Positions 27,841 to 34,215 of a stretch of 34,215 bases of DNA are shown here, one piece after another. The notes beneath the pieces were generated by a model. The model did no database searches and was not told the origin of the DNA. It saw only the letters and a list, made by a program, of their open reading frames with translations. The first letter of the stretch is position 1. Each line of letters begins with the position of its first letter. The translations under genes and the position numbers were made by a program. Source of the DNA: Gammaproteobacteria bacterium (GTDB taxonomy: Bacteria > Pseudomonadota > Gammaproteobacteria > Eutrophobiales > Eutrophobiaceae); the NCBI GenBank assembly GCA_035471825.1, contig DATIPP010000128.1, forward strand, positions 1-34,215, in the 5' to 3' direction.

Positions 27841-28539
27841 ATGAAATTGTTTGGCGAAAACAAAAGGGACATACCGGGGTTGACTGACAATCCTGTTTTT
27901 TCAGCACTTCGGGAAGACCAGCTTGACAGTGTCATATCGACGGCGGAACAAAAGGATCTGGCAGCAGGTAACATACTTTTTGAGCAGGGCGAGGCAGCCT
28001 CAAGGTTCTACATGGTAAAAAAAGGACAAATACGGCTGTTTCGCCTGTCCGACGATGGGGACGAAAAAGTCATAGATATCGTTCACCCGGGCCAGATTTT
28101 TGCCGAGGCGGTCATGTTTATGGAAAACAGGCGTTATCCCGTAAACGCCATGGCAATAACTGAAAGCCAGGTGATTGCTTTTGATATGGAAACCTTCAGA
28201 AATGTATTGAGGGAATCAGTCGATACCTGTTTCCGCATGATGGCCAAAATGAGCAAACGGCTGCATATCCAGTTGAACGAGATTGACAGCCTCAGCCTGC
28301 ATAATGCGACATACCGCCTGGTTCACTATTTGCTCAAGTCGATACCTGCCAATACATCCAGGCATACCGAGATAACCCTGAATTATCCGAAAAATATACT
28401 GGCATCCCGTCTTTCGATTAAGCCCGAGACGTTTTCAAGGATCATATCGCGTCTCAAGAAGGAAAATATCATAGAGGTAAGCGGAAACCAGATTATTATC
28501 AGTGATATATCGGCATTACGGGAAATTGCTGGTGAATGA
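27841..28539 (+). CDS. dnr: Crp/Fnr-family regulator, Dnr type
   Basis: 232 aa with no N-terminal Cys cluster. It is strongly collinear with P. aeruginosa Dnr as I recall it (FAEA.MFM, IDE/SLSL.NAT.R.V.YLL, LSI.PETFSRI..RL). The recognition helix has the E--SR motif that reads TTGAT half-sites. Confidence 0.85.
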   Translation: MKLFGENKRDIPGLTDNPVFSALREDQLDSVISTAEQKDLAAGNILFEQGEAASRFYMVKKGQIRLFRLSDDGDEKVIDIVHPGQIFAEAVMFMENRRYPVNAMAITESQVIAFDMETFRNVLRESVDTCFRMMAKMSKRLHIQLNEIDSLSLHNATYRLVHYLLKSIPANTSRHTEITLNYPKNILASRLSIKPETFSRIISRLKKENIIEVSGNQIIISDISALREIAGE

Positions 28540-28580
28540 AATCTGTTTGGTTTGTTAAATTTAATTTCAAAGTTGCGCGT

Positions 28581-29432
28581 TTATACATTGACCCTGACGG
28601 GCAACCCTGTCTCTTCTATTTTTTCTGCATAACGGGCAAGCCATTCATCAGGTAATCGGCCCAGGCGGGGAGCTTCTTCCTGCATGGAAGGCCGTGCAAT
28701 ACCGTAAAGGTATATCCCGCTTAATGGCACACCCTCCGCCTGCAGAGCGGAAATATATTTTATGTAGTCCCGTTGCTCTTCCAGGGAGGGTGGTTTCCCG
28801 TCAACCGTGAAAACACATGTCTGGATCCAGGTTGTACACAGTCTTGCCGCAGTCTCCAGGTTCTGCATCAAACTGTTTTTCGGTATTCGGGCATGATTAA
28901 TAGTTCTGATCCCGCTTGTGGTTACGCTGTCCAGTTTAAACCAGATTTCACCCTTCATTTCCCCGAGCAGCCTTATACCCTTTTGTACGAGGGGAAGATG
29001 CATAAGACTTCCGTTTGTGATCAGGGTCACCCTGGTGGTCTTCGGCAAGTCGGATTCATCGATAACCCGGCCGACAAGTTCAATAACCTGATTAAACTGC
29101 CGACATGTTGTCGGTTCTCCATTACCGGAAATGGCAATATCCCGGATAACACGGGAGCCAGAAGGAGCCCCGTAGCGTGAAAAGAAGTCACCATGAAGAA
29201 TTTTATTGATGACGGAATGAAGTTCTGATTCGAGTTGAACCATGTCTGCATCCGGTGCACCACCGGGTTTCAAACCAGGCACCTGGCAATAGATACATCG
29301 CCAGTTGCAGGAATTGTTTGTATTCAGGTTGACTCCTATTGACAGGCCACCTGTGCGACGCGAATTAACAGCGTAAATATACTTCCTGTCAAGGATGTCA
29401 CGACGGTGGTCAGAGGTTTCCAGTAATAACAT
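28581..29432 (-). CDS. Radical SAM protein of unknown function
   Basis: 283 aa with the cluster motif CNWRCIYC at residues ~41-48 and the SAM-binding motif SGNGEPT. I recognise no auxiliary cluster or B12 domain. It is co-directional with and immediately downstream of nrdJb. Confidence 0.8.
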   Translation of the reverse strand: MLLLETSDHRRDILDRKYIYAVNSRRTGGLSIGVNLNTNNSCNWRCIYCQVPGLKPGGAPDADMVQLESELHSVINKILHGDFFSRYGAPSGSRVIRDIAISGNGEPTTCRQFNQVIELVGRVIDESDLPKTTRVTLITNGSLMHLPLVQKGIRLLGEMKGEIWFKLDSVTTSGIRTINHARIPKNSLMQNLETAARLCTTWIQTCVFTVDGKPPSLEEQRDYIKYISALQAEGVPLSGIYLYGIARPSMQEEAPRLGRLPDEWLARYAEKIEETGLPVRVNV

Positions 29433-29438
29433 GTGATA

Positions 29439-29535
29439 CTAGAAGCTGTCTCAAAATTACATCCTCAGCTCCGTAAACGTTGCATTCATGCCCGCTCCTC
29501 ACGAACCACGTTGCGGAATTTGAGACAGGTTCTAG
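29439..29535. mobile_element. MITE-like element, copy B (97 bp)
   Basis: CTAGAAGCTGTCTCAAAATTAC (29439-29460) and ggaatttgagacaggttctag (29515-29535) form inverted repeats. The termini belong to the same family as copy A, with consensus CTAGAACCTRTCTMAAAATTCC. Confidence 0.55.
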
Positions 29536-30200
29536 CCGCATTTGGATTCGCCACAGTTCAGACATGTCAGGCAATTATCAAGATATATCATTGCTTTTGT
29601 CAGACATTTTTTACATAGAGTTGCGTTAGCTGGAAAATCATCTGTTGCCTGTGAGCCAGGCTCAGGATTTTTTTTCAGGTATTCAGTACGTTTTTCCTCA
29701 ATCATTTTTTTCTGATGCTCGTCCAGAAGATCATCTTTCAAAAGGCCAATCATTTTCAGGTGACTCTCAAGGACATCGCCGATTTCAGCAACGAGTGATG
29801 GCATGAATTTACCGCCTTTCTTGAAGTACCCTCCGTGCGGATCGAATACCGAACGAAGTTCCCCAACCAAAAATGTAATATCACCTCCTTTACGGAAAAC
29901 GGCCGAGATGATTCTGGTTAATGCAACAATCCACTGGAAATGATCCATGTTCTTTGAATTAATAAACAACTCGAAAGGGCGGCGGGATTCGTGTTTGGTA
30001 CCCGGATTCAGAACAATATCATTAATAGTAACGTACAGGGCATGTTCAGAAAGAGGTGTGGTAATCTTGTAGGTTGATCCGTGCAGGGCTTGAGGCCGTT
30101 CAAGTTTTTCATGCATATGAACAACGTTATCAACATCGATCTGGCCTTTATTTTTGATAACACGAGAATCAACTATTTTATGATCTATTTTTACCGACAT
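29532..30200 (-). CDS. nrdJb: Class II ribonucleotide reductase, C-terminal fragment (NrdJb) with a Cys-rich tail
   Basis: 222 aa with G.TYK..TP...LYVTIN...PFE.FINSKN and GG....V.EL..V.DP.GG, typical of the NrdJ C-terminal region. The tail reads CKKCLTKAMIYLDNCLTCLNCGESKCG. Its start abuts the nrdJa stop. Confidence 0.8.
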   Translation of the reverse strand: MSVKIDHKIVDSRVIKNKGQIDVDNVVHMHEKLERPQALHGSTYKITTPLSEHALYVTINDIVLNPGTKHESRRPFELFINSKNMDHFQWIVALTRIISAVFRKGGDITFLVGELRSVFDPHGGYFKKGGKFMPSLVAEIGDVLESHLKMIGLLKDDLLDEHQKKMIEEKRTEYLKKNPEPGSQATDDFPANATLCKKCLTKAMIYLDNCLTCLNCGESKCG

Positions 30201-30201
30201 A

Positions 30202-32352
30202 TCAATATTTACCGTAATAACCTTCTTTCAATGCATCATGCAGGTTTGCAGCAGTATGTTGCTCACCGTCATATTCAATCATCTCGTTACCCTTTACCGT
30301 AACAATGTCGCCGTTTTCCAGCGTAAACCGGTACATCGTGTTTTCCAGGTTTTTTTCACTGACAAGCACACCCTGGAATACTTCAGGGTTGAAGCGGAAT
30401 GTCGTACATCCTTTTAATCCCTGTTCACAGGCATACCAGTAAATATCCTTGAAATTCTCAAACGGGTAATCCGCCGGTATGTTGGCTGTCTTGGAAATGG
30501 ATGAATCAATCCATTTCTGTGCCGCGGCCTGAATATCAATATGTTGTTGTGGAGTAATATCCTCGGAAGTCACAAAATAATCAGGAAGCCCGGAATTCGA
30601 ATCTTCTGCATCAGGGCGTGCATCCGTTTTGATCAGGCATCGATACGCCAGCAATTCAAATGAAAAAACATCCCTTTTTTCCTTGGTTTTCTTCCCCGAA
30701 CGTATAACATTCCTGGCGTAATGATGGGAGAAGCTTGGTTCTATGCCGTTACTGGCATTATTACCCAGTGAAAGTGATATGGTGCCTGTCGGGGCAATTG
30801 AGCTGTGGTGTGTAAACCGGGCACCGGTTTTTTCAAGCTCCCTGGCCAGGCCTGGATCAATTTCTGCAATTTTTTGCATATAGCGACTGTAGCGGGCATG
30901 TAATACCTTTCCCTTGATTGTGTCACCTTCACGATAACCGTCACGCTGCATTTCCGGTCGTTTTTGTAACATGTTTTTATCAACGGAAAATGTTTTATTC
31001 ATGATCGGAGCCGCACCTTTTTCCCGGGCGAGTTCCAGCCCCGTCTGCCACCCGATCAACGCGAGTTCCCTGCTGATATTTTCAGTAAATTGCAATGATT
31101 CAGTGCTCCCGTATTTCAGGCACAACATGGCAAGAGTGGATCCAAGGCCGAGAAATCCCATGCCATGACGGCGTTTTTCCAGTATCTCGTTTTGTTGCTT
31201 ACCAAGAGGCAGCCCATTGATATCAACAACATTGTCCAGCATGCGCGTGAAAATTTTCACCAGCCTCCGGAAGGACTCCCAGTCAAATGATGCGTTTGAT
31301 GTGAAGGGTTCCAGAACAAACAGGGACAGGTTGATTGAACCCAGCAGGCATGCGCCATAAGGGGGCAGTGGTTGTTCACCGCACGGATTGGTGGCACGTA
31401 TATCTTCACAGAACCAGTTGTTATTGAGTTCATTTACCCTGTCAATCAGGATGAAACCGGGTTCTGCATAATCATAGGTGGTCTGCATTATTTCATCCCA
31501 CAGCCCCCGTGCAGATACGGTCTTGTAAATCCTGCACGCAACCTCACCATTTTCATTTATGATGTAATTATCCTGTAATGGCCAGTTCCGCCAGATAAAC
31601 TCTGATGAATCATTCAGGTCATACTGCCGGGATTCCAGTTCTTCACGCATGACTGGAAACGCAAGCGGCCAGTCTGCATCATCACGGACGGACCGGATAA
31701 AAGATTCCGTGATCAACAGCGAAAGATTGAATTGACGTAACCGACCCGGCTCCCTTTTTGATCGGATGAAATCAAGCACATCCGGATGACCGATATCAAA
31801 GGTGGCCATTTGCGCTCCCCGCCTGCCACCGGCGGATGAAACCGTGAAACACATCCTGTCATAGATATCCATGAAGGAAAGTGGACCTGAAGTTTGCGCG
31901 CCGGCCCCTGTTACGTACGCTCCCCTGGGCCGCAGCGTGGAAAATTCATAACCGATACCACACCCGCATTTCAACGTCAGGCCGGATTCACGCACCTTGG
32001 TGAGTATGTCATCCATGGAATCATGGATAGTGCCGGAAACAGTACAATTGATGGTGGACGTGGCCGGCTTGTAAGCGTTTGCGCCGGCGTTCGAGATTAT
32101 ACGGCCTGCAGGTATGGCACCATGCTGGAGGGCCCAGAAAAATTCCCTGTTCCAGTAACGTCTTTTCTCATCTGTTTGTTCAATATCAGAAAGAACGCGG
32201 GCGACACGCCGGTACGTATCGTTGAGATTCTGGTCGAGCGGTTCTCCGTTCCTGTCTTTCAGGCGGTATTTCTGGTCCCAGATGTCCAGGGAGGTTGATT
32301 GTAATGGTATATCTTCAAAGACGTTCCCGGCATCTGCACTGACCGTATTCAA
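30202..32352 (-). CDS. nrdJa: Adenosylcobalamin-dependent (class II) ribonucleotide reductase, large fragment (NrdJa)
   Basis: 716 aa with the RNR barrel motifs NCTVSG, GGIGY.FS.LRP.G, SAGGRRGA, TNPCGEQPL and SIAPTG. The split a/b architecture matches Pseudomonas aeruginosa. Confidence 0.9.
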   Translation of the reverse strand: MNTVSADAGNVFEDIPLQSTSLDIWDQKYRLKDRNGEPLDQNLNDTYRRVARVLSDIEQTDEKRRYWNREFFWALQHGAIPAGRIISNAGANAYKPATSTINCTVSGTIHDSMDDILTKVRESGLTLKCGCGIGYEFSTLRPRGAYVTGAGAQTSGPLSFMDIYDRMCFTVSSAGGRRGAQMATFDIGHPDVLDFIRSKREPGRLRQFNLSLLITESFIRSVRDDADWPLAFPVMREELESRQYDLNDSSEFIWRNWPLQDNYIINENGEVACRIYKTVSARGLWDEIMQTTYDYAEPGFILIDRVNELNNNWFCEDIRATNPCGEQPLPPYGACLLGSINLSLFVLEPFTSNASFDWESFRRLVKIFTRMLDNVVDINGLPLGKQQNEILEKRRHGMGFLGLGSTLAMLCLKYGSTESLQFTENISRELALIGWQTGLELAREKGAAPIMNKTFSVDKNMLQKRPEMQRDGYREGDTIKGKVLHARYSRYMQKIAEIDPGLARELEKTGARFTHHSSIAPTGTISLSLGNNASNGIEPSFSHHYARNVIRSGKKTKEKRDVFSFELLAYRCLIKTDARPDAEDSNSGLPDYFVTSEDITPQQHIDIQAAAQKWIDSSISKTANIPADYPFENFKDIYWYACEQGLKGCTTFRFNPEVFQGVLVSEKNLENTMYRFTLENGDIVTVKGNEMIEYDGEQHTAANLHDALKEGYYGKY

Positions 32353-32444
32353 TCCACAATCCCCCGAAAGACTGCATTAAGAAAAACCAGAGTATGGTTT
32401 TTAGTCCTGTATTCATATTACAACCCAGGTAGTTTCAGGTTGAC

Positions 32445-32458
32445 TTGATTTAGGTCAA
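32445..32458 (-). promoter_or_regulatory. FNR/DNR-type box upstream of nrdJab
   Basis: TTGATttagGTCAA matches at 9/10. On the minus strand, TGTAAT (32417-32422) lies exactly 22 nt downstream, and the ATG is at 32352. Confidence 0.65.
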
Positions 32459-32762
32459 ATCCGGTACATTTTTACTGTCATTGCTTCCCTTTATTTAGGG
32501 GTTTACAAATGGTATTCGAGAAACGGATTAACATCCTCTCCATAATTCCGGGAAACCTTTGCTACCGGTTTTCGATCAACCAATACACCGCGTTTATCAG
32601 TTTCAACGTACGTGCCGGTATTTTCTGTGGTATTGATTATTTGTTACAAGATCCTGAATACAGGGATAATTTATAATTGCTGCATTGCAGCAAGTTCCTG
32701 TATCATGGTTCAGGGCTGATGTTTAGAGCGTGAACTTCCCCGTACGGTCTGGTAACAAGTGA

Positions 32763-34215
32763 ATGAGCGTAATCAACCTGAACAAGATGTTTCATCCGGA
32801 ATCGGTGGCGTTGATTGGCGCTTCCGCGACCAAAGGGACGGTCGGGTATGTGGTCATGAAAAACCTCATGAATGCCGGATTTTCAGGCCCGGTATATCCT
32901 GTCAATCCCAAATACAGAACTGTCCACAGTGTACGGACTTACCCGGATGTTACTTCACTTCCGGAAACACCGGACCTGGCGGTCATCTGCACACCCGCAA
33001 GGACGGTCCCGGAAATCATCAGCGAACTGGGTGAGCGCGGAACCCGCGCGGCCGTGATACTAAGTGCCGGATTTCAGGATGACGTTGACGGAAAATCCCT
33101 GCAACAACTACTCCTGGATGCCTCGAAGCCCTACGACCTGCGAATACTCGGACCAAACTGTGTCGGGCTTCTGATTCCCTCGATCGGACTCAACGCCAGC
33201 TTCGCCCACACGGATTCACTGGAGGGGAATCTCGCGCTTGTATCGCAATCAGGCGCCCTGTGTACGACGATCCTGGACTGGGCAAAATCCAGGGGTATCG
33301 GTTTTTCGTATTTCATTTCACTGGGAAACAGCGCCGATATCGATTTCGGCGACCTGCTGGATTTCCTGGGAAGTGATCGCGCAACACGGGGCATCCTGTT
33401 ATACGTGGAGTCCATCAAGGAAGCACGCAAGTTCATGTCCGCTGCACGTGCGACCTCCCGGAACAAGTTCGTTATCGTCATCAAGTCCGGGCGTGTTGAA
33501 GAAGGTGCGAAGGCCGCGGCTTCCCACACCGGTGCGCTGGCCGGCAGTGATGATGTTTTCGATGCAGCCATATCCCGCGCCGGTATGCTCCGGGTCTTTA
33601 CCATAAAACACCTGTTTGACGCGGTAGAGACACTCGCCCGGTCGCGCACCGTGAAAGGCAATCGCTTGATTATATTAACCAATGGTGGCGGTCCCGGCGT
33701 CCTGGCCACGGACTGCCTGATAGCTAACGGCGGTGAACTGGCAAAGCTTTCCGAAGATACAGGTCGTGAACTCGATAAAATACTGCCGCCTGCCTGGTCC
33801 GGTGGCAACCCGGTCGACATCATCGGTGACGGTGATGCCACACGCTATGTCAATGCACTGGGAATCCTGCTGAAAGACCCGGGTTATGATGCGATCCTCG
33901 TCATGCTCGTTCCCGCCGCCGTGATCGATAACAGGGAAGTGGCCATCGCGGTTACGGAAGAGATTAAAAAAACCCGGAAGCCGGTGTTGACCTGCTGGAT
34001 GGGCGAGGACGGTGTTGCGGCGGCAAGGACCATTTTCGAAAAAGCCGGTATTCCATCCTACGAAACACCCGATTCTGCCATCTGGGCATTCCTGGAACTG
34101 GTGAAATACGGACGCAACCGGGAAAACCTGATGGAAACCCCGCAGTCCATACCCGGTGAATTCTCGCCCGACAGAAAAGCAGCACGTGTGATCATTGACG
34201 GCGTACTCGGCGAAA
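32763..34215 (+). CDS. ADP-forming acyl/acetyl-CoA synthetase family protein (PatZ/YfiQ-like N-terminal region), 5' partial, runs off the window
   Basis: I translated the frame by hand from ATG 32763 and found 484 codons with no stop up to the window end. The N-terminus is MSVINLNKMFHPESVALIGAS..GTVGY.V..NL...F.G.VYPVNPKY. Further motifs are ILGPNC.GL, ALVSQSGAL, YVESI and AASHTGALAG, typical of CoA-binding and succinyl-CoA-synthetase-like domains. It is missing from the ORF track because it has no stop codon. Confidence 0.85.
   Translation, partial: MSVINLNKMFHPESVALIGASATKGTVGYVVMKNLMNAGFSGPVYPVNPKYRTVHSVRTYPDVTSLPETPDLAVICTPARTVPEIISELGERGTRAAVILSAGFQDDVDGKSLQQLLLDASKPYDLRILGPNCVGLLIPSIGLNASFAHTDSLEGNLALVSQSGALCTTILDWAKSRGIGFSYFISLGNSADIDFGDLLDFLGSDRATRGILLYVESIKEARKFMSAARATSRNKFVIVIKSGRVEEGAKAAASHTGALAGSDDVFDAAISRAGMLRVFTIKHLFDAVETLARSRTVKGNRLIILTNGGGPGVLATDCLIANGGELAKLSEDTGRELDKILPPAWSGGNPVDIIGDGDATRYVNALGILLKDPGYDAILVMLVPAAVIDNREVAIAVTEEIKKTRKPVLTCWMGEDGVAAARTIFEKAGIPSYETPDSAIWAFLELVKYGRNRENLMETPQSIPGEFSPDRKAARVIIDGVLGE

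Noticed and set aside
32353-32444. Possible NrdR box, B12 riboswitch or attenuator in the nrdJa leader (tgtattcatattaca; AT-rich hairpin aaaaacca/tggttttt at 32382-32402)
   Set aside because: The palindrome lacks the CAC/GTG arms of NrdR boxes as I remember them. The leader of about 70-90 nt is too short for a cobalamin riboswitch and lacks its conserved core. The hairpin is weak and all A-T at its base.
33131-33841. A 236-aa minus-strand ORF in the track
   Set aside because: It is antisense to the clearly real acyl-CoA synthetase/Pat-like gene. Its product is a low-complexity Ser/Pro/Ala/Arg-rich sequence with no recognisable motifs, so it is a shadow ORF.

Overview
The window looks like a chromosomal segment from a halotolerant, denitrifying gammaproteobacterium; this taxonomic guess rests on gene content alone. 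All protein calls come from motifs and family signatures I recognise by eye, because no BLAST or HMM search was possible. Hairpin and motif coordinates were counted by hand.

Layout:
- 1-9.5 kb is higher-GC housekeeping DNA. It holds a DUF992-like secreted protein, tRNA-Glu(CTC), pcnB-folK-dNK-panBCD, a CinA/MoCF-type protein, and an ectR-ectA-ectB ectoine module that lacks ectC.
- About 9.5-32.7 kb is a visibly lower-GC block for anaerobic respiration. It holds hemN and a cd1 nitrite reductase / haem d1 cluster (nirS-C-F-D-L-G-H-J-N).
- The same block holds a convergent 8-gene operon built around a ba3-like (B-family) haem-copper oxidase. The cross-linked active-site Tyr of that oxidase is replaced (GHSSQQ), which makes it a candidate non-canonical NO reductase of the sNOR / norSY-senC type.
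- That operon also carries a CuA subunit II, an unlisted 57-aa subunit, SCO1/SenC, and an unusual cytochrome b-2x[4Fe-4S]-MvhD fusion. It ends with a gene of unknown function, a bacteriohemerythrin and a monohaem cytochrome c.
- The block continues with a Dnr-type regulator, a radical SAM gene, and a split class II ribonucleotide reductase (nrdJa/nrdJb).
- Five FNR/DNR-type boxes (TTGAT-N4-ATCAA) lie in the promoter regions of this block. Four of them have a -10-like hexamer exactly 22 nt downstream.
- Two copies of a MITE-like element with CTAG/TA ends are inserted between stop and start codons of tightly packed gene pairs.
- A large ORF absent from the track (ADP-forming acyl-CoA synthetase / Pat-like) runs off the right edge.
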